From Octopus sinensis (lineage: Eukaryota), in the NCBI RefSeq assembly GCF_006345805.1, contig NC_043020.1, positions 25,110,001 through 25,174,000 of the forward strand: DNA of 64,000 bases, given 5' to 3'. Under the pieces are notes generated by a model. It was not told the origin of the DNA. It did not search any database and saw nothing but the letters and a program-made list of their open reading frames with translations. The stretch's first letter is position 1; every line of letters starts with the position of its first letter. The position numbers were made by a program, and so were the translations under genes. Below are positions 50,933 through 64,000 of the stretch, piece by piece.

Positions 50933-52169
50933 GGGTTGGACAAGATAAAGGGTACACCTTAAAATTTCAAAATACTTTAATATGGTGCCTTTGGCACTAA
51001 TTACAGCTTGAATTCTACGAGGTATGGACTCGTACAAAGATTGAATTGTTTCCAAAGGAAACTTTGTCCATTCTTTGCTAAAACAGTTCTTGTAGTGACG
51101 ATGGTGGAGAATATCGACTCCTTACATGTTTTTTCTAAAATACACCATAAATGTTCAATAATATTCAGATCTGGGGACTATGGTGGCCAAAATAAGATGT
51201 TTAACTCCACTAGAATGTTCCTCATGCCATTCAGTAACAACCTTAGCCGTGTGAATCGGTGCATTATTATCCTGAAAGATTGCGTTTCCCTGCAGAAGCA
51301 GTTCCGCAACCGTAGAATGAATTTGATCAGGTAAAATGCTTAAATAGTCTTGACTATTAATTCTGCCACGAAGGAAAACCATTGGGCCGGCAGATTTTCA
51401 ACATATAGACCTCAAACCCAAATCATTACAGATCTTCCTCCATGTTTAACAGTCTGGGTCAAATGCTTCTTTGGGCTGTTTCCACGCGTATACTCGGCCG
51501 GTGGTCGGAAATAAAGTAAAGGATAACTCGTCCGAAAAAATAACATTCTTCCGCTGCTCTAGGGATCAATTCTGTAGGTTTTTACTCCACTCTAAACGCT
51601 TTGCAACATTTGTTTTTGAAAGTAGTGGTTTTTTTATTGCAGCCCTCTCGTGAAATCCGGCTTTGTGCAGCTCCCGGCGAACAGTTTTTGTGAAAACTGG
51701 ATTCTCGAAGTGGTTATTAAGCTCTGCAGTAATTTTGGGGGCTGTATTTTTGTGATCCTTTCTAACAATTTGCGTACGAGTGCGACGTTCCCCATCTGAA
51801 TGTTCGGGTTTTCTTCTGGAGTTTTGTTTCAACGAGGTTTTTCCCTCTTTCTCAAACGATATCATTACTTTCCTGATAGTACTTCTTGATACACCAAACA
51901 TTTCGGCTGTTTTCGTTACTCTAGCGCCTGCCATACGAGCACCAACAATTTGACTTCTTTGAAAGTCCGATAGATGTCATTTTAATGAATTTTAATTAAC
52001 TTTTTCTGATGATATCTGAAAAGAAACAGAAATTTTAGGAAAACATATTAAGCAACACTAATAATAAATAAAAAATCATAAAAATAAACAAGCTTTTGAC
52101 GGTTTTATAGATATTTCAAAATTATGATGCTTTGATGCTAAGTGTTTCCAACGTTTTGTCCAACACTTG
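50930..52169 (-). mobile_element. Tc1-family DNA transposon fossil (~1.24 kb)
   Basis: HTH (GARVTKTAEMFGVSRSTIRKV..KKPLLSK), VIFSDE, IFQDNNAPIHTAK, SPDLNIIEHLW, LYESIPRRIQAVISAKG. Degenerate ~30-bp TIRs (CAGGGGTTGGACAA / TTGTCCAACACTTG). Left flank is (TA)n. Confidence 0.92.
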
Positions 52170-52381
52170 CATATGTACTTCAGCAACATAACTGCACACG
52201 TAACTACACACGTGATTCTTTTTCCTTCTTTGGACTTTTCCCTTTCTTCTTGTCGACGAAGTTTGTGCTCTAAATGTGAAAAACTCTCTTTTTATTGAGC
52301 GACAAAGTAATACATTCTTTGTGCACGTGCTTTTGTTATCTGTTAATTTTATCATTTGTTTATTTGAATTGACTATCTATC

Positions 52382-52421
<40 letters not shown>

Positions 52422-52769
52422 AGTACACAGAGGACAGGCTATATATTCACGTAGTTTAAGTAGGCTCAAGGCTATAGAAGAAGACGTTTAGCGAAGATGT
52501 TAAGCAGTGGGAAAGAACCCGGAACTATGTGGTAGGGAACGCAACTTCTTACTACACAGACACGCCTACTCCTTATGCACATAGTTTTATCCGTAAAACC
52601 CTACTTTAAGGTCCGAATAGATATGAAGGACACATAAGACCATTCAGTGCTGGGAGTCGTTTGTAGAAAACATGGCGTATCTGTGACTAGGACAGCTTTT
52701 ATACGGTCTGTTTCGACAAATCTGATATTGGGCGAAACAAGAGCAACAAAAACAAATACTACTACTACC

Positions 52770-52801
<32 letters not shown>

Positions 52802-52929
52802 CAGCAACAGTGATTTCAATGTTGCCACTACCACTACCACAACAACCACTACCACCACCAAATCACCGCCACCACCACCATTTCCACTACGACAGTTGTT
52901 ACTGCTGATATTGTTGCTGATGATGCTGC

Positions 52930-53230
52930 TTTATCAACAATGCCAAAAGAAATGTGGGGAGGCCGAAGGAGTCCTCCCAGATAAGTGTGTTCAAAATATC
53001 AAACTCAACACTTGGAAAGTTATAGACGTTGTTAGAAATGACACATTCAAATGGTGAAATACTCAAATCGTGGTTTAATTAACACAAAAACCTGGGAAAT
53101 TATTTAATGATATATTGAAAGAATCAGAATTGGCACATGACTGGTTCGCTGGTCAGATAATCGTGTTAATTTCCAAAAAACAAAAACAACGTATTGTAAA
53201 ACCTAACACGATAAAGCTTGCCACTGACTT
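52930..53230 (+). mobile_element. Very decayed R4-like RT fragment
   Basis: IKLNTWKVIDVVRNDTFKW and HDWFAGQIIVLISKK resemble the NWKAPG.D.I..FW and PEWL..G.T.LIPK motifs of the Dong element. Confidence 0.4.
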
Positions 53231-53269
53231 TTTGCTTCTTATACAAGTAAAGTTCTCTCCTGTGTCATT

Positions 53270-53500
53270 TAGACTTAAGGGATCAGTTTCCTGATTTCTA
53301 TGGCGTATATATTCCCAACGTGGACGGGACACCGATCTGTCGCAGGGTCACTCCTTTTTGCCAACTGAATGGACTGGAACAACCTGAAATGATGTGTTTT
53401 GCTCAAGAACACAACGTAGGAATCGAAATCACAATCTTACGATCATGTGTCCAATACCCTTAACCACTAAGCCACGCGCTTCCACAATAGTTATAAAAAG
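53270..53500 (-). mobile_element. tRNA-derived SINE (family D)
   Basis: GGAAGCGCGTGGCTTAGTGGTTAAGG (A box)...TTTCGATTCC (B box), GTTGTGTTCTTGAGCAAAACAC body. Tail shared with family C. Confidence 0.7.
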
Positions 53501-54119
53501 TTAAGCTGAAATAATACCGAAGAGGGTAAATAAATAAAGGGAAGAAACAACCTGTAGAAGAACAAAACGGATACTGTGGTGGCTCAGTTGGTTGTAAAGA
53601 TCGATTACTGATCGATGAAGCCGTGTGTAGATGTAAAGAGAGGATTTTCAACGCTGCATACCTTCATCACAAACTACCCGAAGAATAAACCACCTCATCT
53701 ACAACGGTTTACCATTTCACTGGTTTCCGGTTGGCAGCAATGGTTACCTACATCCAGCAGGGGTTAACCATGGGCTGGATCGATTGCTACATTCAGCGTT
53801 GGCACATTCTTTTAGTAGTGGTGGAACCTCCTTCAGCAGTGGTGGTCACCTGCTTCCGGCAGCGGGTGCCTATTTGCGGCAATGATTACATGTGCAATGT
53901 GTATTGTCTGATATATAAAGCACGCAAGACAGACGAGACAATGCACAATGTACATCAGTCGATGAAGATTATAATTCAGGGAGTACAGCTGTCGTATATA
54001 AGAGAGTACTGTTGCTTCTTTTGCTGTTACAACTGTCACTGCTGCTGCTGCTGCTGCTGCTGCTGCGCTGCTGCTGCTGATGATGATGCTGCTGATGCTG
54101 CTACTGGTGCTGCTGCTGA

Positions 54120-54150
<31 letters not shown>

Positions 54151-55591
54151 GATGATGATGGTGTTGATGTTATTGATGTTGAGAATAGTAGCGGGAGTGG
54201 TGTTAGTGGTTGTGATGGCGGTGGGGGCGATGATAGTGACAAGTAGAATGATGATGATAATGAGGAGGAAGAGTTGGAAGAAGAAGGAGGAGGAGGAAAA
54301 TTACCCGATACGTTCTCTTCCTTTTACAAGAAAGATAATAGCGCATGCTTAAATAGACATTTGGTTACTCTGTCTAGCAGGCATAGCAACCACGAAGATA
54401 TTCCCTCGTGATAGGAGTGACGGTGGTAGGGGTGTGTGGAGGGGTTGTGAACTGTTAAACCATTTTGTTCGGCTGTCTTGACATCTTATCGTATTTTCCT
54501 CGGTCAGCTTACGGCTCGCCGGCCATGCTTTCTGTGTATGATTTTCTGGCACTGTTCTTGTTGTTTCTTTGAATGTCGTTGCTGTTGTTAGAAAGACAAA
54601 CTAAAAGAGGGGAAAAGTGTTGTGTCACATATTTAAGTCCACTTGAAAGATTAAATTGATTCTTATCTCGGAATATCAGCTGCCGCTCAGGGAATTATCA
54701 TCAGAAGGGAATTAAAATGAATAATATTATATTACATTAAAAAGTAAATAAAGAGTAAAACATTTTTTAAAAATTTAACAAGAATTAAATAAATAGAAAT
54801 TTAATGAAAAAATAAATTTGAAAAATAGATAAATGAATACTTAAATAAGAACTTCCTATAATCGTTATTGGACGAAAGGAAAAGACAAGGAAAGTAGGGG
54901 GTGAAATAAATAAAACAAAAATAATACATATAACAAACACAAATATATAAGAAATATATACAAAATACATTACAAGTATATAACAAATATATTAGAAATA
55001 TATAATATACATAATAAATATCAATTAAGACACATATCAAATATATATGGATATATAACAAATACATAGCAAATATATGAGACTGCTAATCTTAGTGTGT
55101 AAATTTACATAGAATTCTCGAATTTTAGAATTAAAGAATTGTTGAATTAAAGAATTTCGAAATTGAAGAATTAGAAACAGAAGGAAAAGAAAATTAAATG
55201 TGGAGTCTTCACGTTTAAAATTTGTAGAAATGGAGATTTTCGAAATTAAATCAACAAAAAGCAAAAGATAGGAATTATAATACAGTATAATTTCCTCTTT
55301 GATTTCTTCTTTTTTGTTTTTTTGTTTTTTCTTAAAACTTATTCTCATTTTTTGTTTTGATGAAGTAAGGCGAGGTGAGGTAAAGAGGATGGGGGTGACG
55401 ACGTCTTTTTGTGCAAGCTTTTTGTTTTTGTTTTTAAATTTCGTGCAAAGGAAACTTTCAAATGTGTAATGCTTAAATAATTTCACTAAAGATAACATGC
55501 AACAATATCAACAACAACAACAACAATATTTATAATTATTACAATAGTATTCCTCAGAGATGTTAAATAGTTACATGACTGTGTTGTTGAC

Positions 55592-55629
<38 letters not shown>

Positions 55630-56165
55630 CGACGATGACGATGACGACGATAATGATGATGATGACGAAGATGATGATAATGCTGATGATGAGAAGGAGG
55701 GCGAGGAAGAGGAGGAGGAAGCGGAGGACGAGGGGGAAAAGAAAACCATTCTTTCACTCAATGGAAACGGATATTCACTGATTCTAATATAGTTAATTAT
55801 TATTGTTGTTATTGTGGTTAATTAAAGAATCACAATTATCTATCCTAAGGAAAGAACGAACCCATCACCACCACTACTACGACTACACTACTACTAACAC
55901 CAATAATACTACTTTGAACGCCACCACTAATACTCCATTTTTTGGGGGGGGAAAAATAACATATTCAGAACTAATTATAACGGAACAATAAAACAGCAAC
56001 AGTAACTTCAACAATAACAACAACAACAGCCGCAACACAAATCTTATGAGACAACAACAGTAACAGCAACAGCAATAATATTTACAAACGGAAAAGAAGA
56101 AAATCGGAAAGCTTTCAGATTTGAAAGAATAATAAAAATAATAAACAAAAAAAAACAGCGACAAC

Positions 56166-56218
<53 letters not shown>

Positions 56219-57421
56219 CAATGATAATAATAATAATAACAGCAACAACAATAATAAACTAATTATTTCACATCACAGTGAGTTAATCAGAGAATAGGAA
56301 ATTAAGTTGTTTTGCTTAAAAGCCCAAATTGACACATCATTAGCATAATTACATGCAGTGCAGTTGTTGTTGTTGTTGTTCTTGTTGTTATTATTGTTAT
56401 CATTATCATCATCATCATCATCATTAGTATATTTATTTATTTTTACAATTTTTGCAGCTTTCCCTTTCAACAATGCTCGTCCATCGCCATTTTCTCTTCT
56501 GTTTCGTTCTGTTATTTTTATCCGTTTTCTTTCTTTGCTTGTTTGTTTGTTTGTTTTTTTTGCAGGGGTGCCTTCTGTTATTTGCTTTATTTTTAAATTT
56601 TATTTTTAAACCCCACCTACCCCCAACCCGACACCCTTATAACCCCCCTCCCCCTCTTCTCCAGACATCTGAAATACTATTGACCAATTTACATTTCTTC
56701 CTACATTTTGTCTGTCTGTGCGTCTGTGTGTCTCTCTTGCATTCATTCATTGTTGTTTCTTTTGTCTTTTTTGTTTGTTTGTTTGGTTTGCTAAGGCTGT
56801 AAGTTGTTGTTGTTGTTGGGAAGGACGTTGATGGGAAGGGCGAGGGTCCGGGAATTGGTTAGGTGCAGAATGTCACTACGTTCTCGAGATAAGAAAAGCA
56901 ACGTTCATTTTAGTTGTTGTTGTTGTTGTATTAGTTGTTGTTCATCATCATCTTTCTTCCATCTCCTGCTCTCTTCTTTTTTGTCATCATCCACAAACCC
57001 CACCATCATCTTTCTCGTCGTTTTTTTCTCCCTTCCTCTTCTTTTTCTTTTCCACCTTTTTTGTCTTCGTCACCACCATCACCACAACCATACATCTTCA
57101 TTCTCATTTTCTTTTTCCTTTTTGCTGTGTGCATATATATAAACATAAACGCATACATATAGAGATATATATTTACTTGTAGATATACCTATATTCATAT
57201 TATAAATGTAGATGAATATATAAACATACACAAACACACACATATACATACATACATATATATATATATATCCCGACCCAGTACTATTTAAGTGACTTAT
57301 TCACCCGAATATTAATATATTACATGTATGTGTGTTTGTATGTATGTACGTATTTGTTATGTAGGTATTGTATGTATGCTTATATGTATGTATATAAGTA
57401 TGTATGCACATATATATATAC

Positions 57422-57454
<33 letters not shown>

Positions 57455-58144
57455 CGATATGTGTCATTATTCAGCTTTATTTAAAGATTTTTTGCCAGGA
57501 GAGAAAGAACCGTTTTCAAAATAAATCCAAGGCTCCTTTATTGAAATTTCAACATCAACAACAGGGTATTTTTGTATGTATGTATGTTTGTACGTATGCA
57601 TGTATGTGTATATGTATGTATTATGTACGCACGCATGTATGTATATGTATCTGTCTTTGTCTTTGTGTTTGTCGCCCCACTATCGCTTGATAACTAGCAT
57701 TGGTTTGTTTACATCCCATTCACTTACCGCTTATACAAAAGATACTAGTAGACTAAGTACAAGTCTTTAAAGTAAACACTAGAGTTGATTTCTTCGACTA
57801 AACTCTTCAAAACATTGCTGCTGTATGGCCAGTATCCAAAGATTAAAGTCAGTCAAAGACAGGTGAGCATACAGACATATCGTTGCTATTATACAAAAGT
57901 GTCGTAAGTCAAAAACGTTGCTTTTTCAGGAAACGAAAAGGTAGTTTCACCATTCCATAGCAAAACCGTTGTATTACACTTTCATAATTTTTTATATCTT
58001 GGCATTTGAAGCTGCTGGAGATAGGATAGTTTGACCAAGAGAACTGGCTATTGCAAGCAAAAATATATATTGGAGAAAAAAAACCTATTTCGCCAAATTT
58101 GGACATACAACAGTTTAACATAATAGCAATGATTTATATTATAT

Positions 58145-58239
58145 GCTTCGGTGGCACATACACAAAAATTGGAATTGTACAAAGAAGATCAGCCCCTGCG
58201 CAAGGATGGCACACAAATTTGTGAAGCGTTCCATATTTT
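58145..58239 (+). pseudogene. U6: U6 snRNA pseudogene
   Basis: GCTTCGGTGGCACATACACAAAAATTGGAATTGTACAAAGAAGATCAGC--CCCTGCGCAAGGATGGCACACAAATTTGTGAAGCGTTCCATATTTT is collinear with U6. The ACAGAGA box is mutated, there is a deletion in the AGCATGGCCCC segment, and ~6 nt are missing at the 5' end. Confidence 0.92.
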
Positions 58240-58414
58240 ATAATGGCTGGGTGGTAAGAAACTTGCTTCTCAACCACATTGGTTCCGGGTTCAGTACGAC
58301 TGCGTGGCACCTTGGATAAGAGTCTCCTACTATAGCCTCGGGCCGATCAAAGCTCTTTGGGTGGATTTGGTGACGGAAACTGAAAGAAGCCCGTCGTGTG
58401 TGTGTGTTGTGCGC

Positions 58415-58451
<37 letters not shown>

Positions 58452-59834
58452 AAAACAGGAGACTACAAAGATTTGGGCATTTTATTCCCCATTACACCTG
58501 TTTCGTTTGCTGGTGTACTTGGTGAGAGAAACATGTAGACTATCTCGTATAAGAAATTCTTCGGACGGAAAATCAAAAAAGTGTTATTAGATTCTCTATC
58601 CAAAACATTTCTTATATTTATTGTGGAAAATTGATGAAGTAAGTGCAAAGATGGCATAATATATTCTACGACTGTTAGAAAATTATTTCGGCAGTAAATA
58701 TTTGTTTTTTTCCATGAGCTACTAATAGTTTCATGCTATGAAAAGAACTCAGACAGCATCCCATAACATGTCTGATGCCTTCACACAATTCTCAGGCCCA
58801 TAAAAAATGTATACTTTAATAATATCTATATCGGTACATATATTGTCTACATTGTCTACTTATAATAACATCCTCTAAACTTACTAAGTATTTAACCGCA
58901 ATATTTTATTCTACACCATATGAATCAGAATATCAGTCTATCAGTGCTTCTTCAGTAAATATCTGTGCAACGCCTCTATCAAAGCTGCACTGGACCCGAA
59001 GTAATTTACCTTCAAGAAAAATCAGTTTGTAATGGAGTTTTTGTATTCTGAACGAAGTTTTTTTTTAAGGATATCATGGACAAATTCGGATATAGTTGTG
59101 AAATGCAGTTAAGAATGGTTGAAAGTGGTTAGAACTGCAAGAATTACTTTTGTGTAATTCTCTAAGCAAAATCGTCTAATTATATTTCCCCTGCTTTTAT
59201 CTTTTTGAGGATTTCCTCAAGAGTAAAATCCATTTTCTGTTACAAACCAATGTTTCCAGCAAGTGACAAGTGCTCTCTTCTATTTGCTACCACTGAGAAG
59301 AGAGCTGCTGGTTTTCTTAACGCTCTTAAAAATATATCTGAACGATGAAATTCACGTTCAGTTTAGAGGATTATGTAACCATATATAGCAGAAGAATGCA
59401 TGTATTTAGAATTGAATATGAAGAAGGCTATGTTTCACTTCTACCTTATTGCTTTCTGCTGATAAGGGATTATCCTATGACAAGTGATTAAAAAATATAA
59501 TAAATATAAATAAAATGTGGATCTCGTTCCTAAGTAATACAGTGACTAGTATGTAGTGCGCCAGTGGTTCCCTAGAGAGAAGTAGCCTTGTCATTTGAAG
59601 TTCCTTTTGCAGCAACAAACATGAAATTAATCATGTAAAAAAAGCAAAACAGAGAAGAAGGAAGAGGGAGAAATATTAAAACCTAATGCCTACCGTATTT
59701 AGATGACTTACTTGAAAAGTATGTATGTATAAACGTATGTCTGTATGTGTATCTGACTGTCTGTGTGTATGTATGTATGTTTGTATATGTGTATGTATGT
59801 TTTTGTGCATATGTGAATATATATATATATATAT

Positions 59835-59871
<37 letters not shown>

Positions 59872-60019
59872 TGTATATAAGTATGTCTGAATGTATGCAT
59901 GCCATTGATCTTATTTTTGAAGTATTGTATGTATGTAGGTGTGCCTCAAGCTGACCGTTTGGATTATAACCATCTCTACATACATGTATATATACATATA
60001 TGTATGCATGTATCTGCAT

Positions 60020-60215
60020 AAATGATAGATCGCTAGCCTCTACACATTCTTTATTTTCTCTCCTTCTTTCTTTATGTGTTTCTTTCTGTGGAAGAGCGTA
60101 GGCTCGAAACGTTAAAGACTTTTTAATTTCCCGAGCGTTAAACTAATACATCTGTTTGTTGTTTACACCACCTGTCTTCGTCTTTTGTTTCTATTTTTTG
60201 TAAATTCTCGCCATA
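60020..60215 (+). mobile_element. Solo PLE pseudo-LTR-like fragment with variant hammerhead-like motif (60081-60117)
   Basis: TCTTT-CTGTGGAA-GAGC gtag GCTC-GAAA-CG-TT^AAAGA in a pyrimidine-rich segment between microsatellites. Confidence 0.5.
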
Positions 60216-60216
60216 T

Positions 60217-60313
<97 letters not shown>

Positions 60314-60327
60314 AAGAAAGAAAGAAA

Positions 60328-60397
<70 letters not shown>

Positions 60398-61319
60398 AAA
60401 AAAGAAAGGCTAGATTGCCAGGCTGGAAGACATAAGTTCTATTTCACTTCTGGCATTTCGTTTAATACGGTTGAAATATGAAATATTACATCACAAACGA
60501 ATGGCGACTTTGGTTAATGGTGGATCGATCTGTCATAAGTAGCAGTTAAAAATTTCATCGAATTCTCATCTTATCATTTTGGAAAATGAAGGACTCAATA
60601 GGCTGGGTGACGTATCTCTTCTTATATATCCTATGTCAGAGTAATAGATAGGCTGATCAGGACCGGAATATGTTTTAATCATTTGATTATGTTCTGTTCC
60701 AATGCTGACCTGGAACAAACACTACCACTATCCTCATCACCAACACCACCGTAATTCGCCGTAAGACAAAATACAAAAAAATGTTAAAAAAAAACAAGTT
60801 TTATAAAGGCGTTAAATAAGCAAATCTTTATTCAACGTCAAACATCACCGAAACATGCGCAGGTTATTTAAAACGAAATTTCTGACTGCAAATTTTTCCT
60901 GCAGCAAAAATGTTTATGACGAGTTTTCCTATAACCACAAATAAAAATCATAACAACAATATGTTAGGGTTTACATCAGCCATTTCTTGGAGCTGTTCGT
61001 AATGGGTATCAGATCAATACGTCCTTGTTCATCATGTGGCAATCGGAACGCTGTTGTATGCATGGGTTGGTTTTGATTATAGGATTGGGGTTAATAGCTG
61101 CCGAGTGTAACTCAACCAATACTGTATTTAACTTGTCACAAACACGCAGGCAATCTGCCACGGGGTTGGGGTGGGGCGAATATATTCCTAGAATGTGTGT
61201 GTGTGTATGTGTGTGTGTGTGGTGTGTGTGTGTGTAAGTATATGTGCGTATATGCGTTTATATGTGTATGGTAGTGTGTGTTTGTGTCTGTGTGTGTGTT
61301 TGTACATCCTCAATCATTG

Positions 61320-61357
<38 letters not shown>

Positions 61358-61436
61358 CAGGCATCATACACCAAACTGCAGCAAGGCACCTCAGTAGTAG
61401 TAATATTAGCGTAAATAATAGGGGCAGTAGCAGCGA

Positions 61437-61528
<92 letters not shown>

Positions 61529-61579
61529 AGATCGATTAGTGTAAACATGATTTTCATTATCAATTTGAATTTATAATTA

Positions 61580-62791
61580 CCAGGTTGCGTCAAAGGTGTT
61601 TTCGTATTTCAAGCTTTAATTAATTGTTCGAACAAATTACATACGAAAAACGTTTATTCATCAAAATATATTCCATTATATCCAGTTGTCTGTTGTCATC
61701 GATGTGCCAGAAGGTCAATTCCACGTTGCTAACATTTGGCTGGTTTAGATGCAAAAAGTTCCCTGCACTCGTTTCTAACCTCATCCCACATTATCGAACC
61801 TCCATCCGTGCACTAAGTGAGCCAATGGCTTGGAAAAGGAAGTAACCTGAGGTGAAAAGTCTGCTCTGTAGGCAGGGTGAGACAGCACTTCCAGACCCTC
61901 AAGATCCTCAAGTTGACGGTTGATCACATTGGCAGTGTGTACTGCGGCATTGCCAAACTGTAGAAGTGCGCCTCTTCGATTGGCAAATCCCGGGTAGCGA
62001 ACTTTCAAAGCGTCATATTCTCGCTGCAGTTGTTGAGCATAAAGGTCAGCGTTCACAGCATGAATATCTCGGACAAGCTCAAAGGGCAACCTCTCCTCAA
62101 AATTCCATAAAAAAAGGACAATATGTTTAACTTGTTTAACAAGTTTATGAAGCCAGTCCTGAATGAAGTCGCTGATTTCTCTAATTAGAATTGCGAAAAC
62201 AACATCACTTTTCATCTCATTTATAATTCGACGCCCAAAATGAGCATCTCGAGGATTCCCGGCAGTTGTTTGCAAATGTTCACACTTTGTTGAACCTGGT
62301 CTTTGTTGAGTTCATGACGAAATCCTCGACAGCGTCTGTTCACAAGGCCGAGCTTATCGAAGTGTCGATTGGTGGTACTTTATGAAGGCCCAAGTTCTGC
62401 CAGCTATGTACAAGTACTTGTGCTTGGTTGTGGTTCAACCATTTCAAGCAAGACCTCTTCCTCCACAACAGAATGTCTCCCTGATTTTGATTTGTCTTCA
62501 AACCTGGCGACACCTTCCGTGAAACGTTTGAGCCACACGCTCGTTGGCAGCTACTGCGCCTTCCACATAATTAAATTCTTTTACCTTTGCACTCAGTTGT
62601 GTTTTTTTTTCCACAGGTACCGTAAAATAGCTCTAATTGCAATGTTTTCATTACTCGTTATCAAATTTGTGAAAACAGGAATAAAAAAATAATAGTAAGT
62701 CAAATGTGGGAATAAAGAATAAACATTTCTCCAACGATTGGACAAATTAAACAAATAAATGAAAATCTGAAAAACATTTGACACAACCTGG
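61580..62791 (-). mobile_element. Mariner-family DNA transposon fossil (~1.21 kb)
   Basis: TIRs CCAGGTTGCGTCAAAGGTGTTTTC / GAAAAACATTTGACACAACCTGG with TA on both flanks. Transposase remnants FEDKSKSGR..HELNKDQ, LWNFEE..AVNADLYAQQLQR, LLQFGNAAVHTA, LSHPAYRADFSP. Confidence 0.92.
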
Positions 62792-62794
62792 TAT

Positions 62795-62913
<119 letters not shown>

Positions 62914-63441
62914 TATAGATATGTATCTATATACGCGTATGTATATAAGTATATTTATGAATCTCCCTTTATCAGTGTGTGTGCGTTTGTTGGGGTTGAT
63001 TTCATTGTTTGAAAGCGTTTGTATATATTTGAAGTGAATCAACATGGTGTACAAATGTGTTTAAGTGATGAATTAAATATACATTGGCCAGCAATAAACC
63101 ATACATCATAGGACATTTAATTTCGTGTCTCTGACATCTGTCATGTTGAAACTGAAGCCAAAAATGGAAAAAAATGGCCGCCATATTGAATTGTATCAGT
63201 TAATAATAACATAGTAGAGAGTCCAATGTGTAACTTGCATAAACAATGTTTTAATAAGATCTTCATGATTATTATGTAGCGAGAGCCAAATGATTTGGGG
63301 CGTGTTGTTGGATGGCGGTGGTGCTTCCGATCATGGTGGTGATGATGACAGCTTCGTTGCTACTTTAACTTGTTTGTTTTGTAACTTTATTTGAGTTGAC
63401 TTCAAATCATTTTTTCTCAGTGAGGCTATTATTATTATTAA

Positions 63442-63547
<106 letters not shown>

Positions 63548-63809
63548 GCGTAGTGGCCGTTGTTGTTGTTGTTGTTGCAGCAGCATACTGGCAGAACCGT
63601 TAGCACACCCGACGAAATATTTAACGGTTTTTGTCCGTCTATACTTTCTGAGTTCAAATCGCACTGAGGTTGTCTATGCCTTTTAACCTTTCAGAGTCGA
63701 TAAATTAAGAACCTGTTGAGCATTGGGGTCGCTTACATCATCACATCCTCCACAAACTATGATGGCTTTGTGCCAAAATTTGAAATTATCATTATTATTA
63801 TTGATTTTG

Positions 63810-64000
63810 GCCAAGGTGCTAGCCAAGAGATTGGCGCTTGTCGTGGACAAGCTGGTTGGCAAGACGCAGACATGCGCCGTGCCGACCAGGTCGATACACG
63901 ACAATCTCCATCTCATGCGCTACATCATAGAGAGGGTGGGTAACGACGCTGGCGCGGGTGGGGCTTTGATCAATTTAGATCGGAGTAAAGCCTTCGATAG
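63810..64000 (+). mobile_element. RT fragment of a related Tx1-like subfamily, continues beyond window
   Basis: AKVLAKRLALVVDKLVGKTQTCAVPTRSIHDNLHLMRYIIERVG..GALINLDRSKAFD aligns with the 17150-17340 region. Confidence 0.88.

Noticed and set aside
53731-54246. 171-aa ORF
   Set aside because: The C-terminal half is (TGC)n/(GAT)n repeats and the N-terminal half has no recognisable domain.

Overview
Repeat-saturated eukaryotic (metazoan) DNA with no confidently identifiable host gene. The tRNA-derived SINE families, the extreme density of (TA)n/(CA)n/(GATA)n/(TAA)n microsatellites and the LINE repertoire suggest an octopus genome (inference). Contents: two lineages of Penelope-like elements (PLEs; RT plus GIY-YIG); a near full-length R4/Dong-clade RLE retrotransposon and relatives, inserted in (TAA)n; a 5'-truncated RTE LINE; Tc1 and mariner fossils and a mariner-type MITE; a U6 pseudogene; a 52-bp satellite array; many SINEs. 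Two things stand out. (1) A Tx1/L1-like LINE whose copies with visible 3' ends sit in (TCTA)n tracts at both ends, stacked with a 2.25-kb ORF1-only element (RRM plus CCHC, no EN/RT) that shares only the last ~40 nt with it, including a small hairpin. This is a candidate autonomous/non-autonomous microsatellite-targeting pair. (2) Several non-coding direct/inverted-repeat (PLE pseudo-LTR-like) insertions that each carry a type I hammerhead ribozyme motif; two unrelated ones place it at the tip of an equally long (~133 nt) hairpin. Most long ORFs in the supplied track are microsatellite read-through artefacts. All translations and folds were done by eye.
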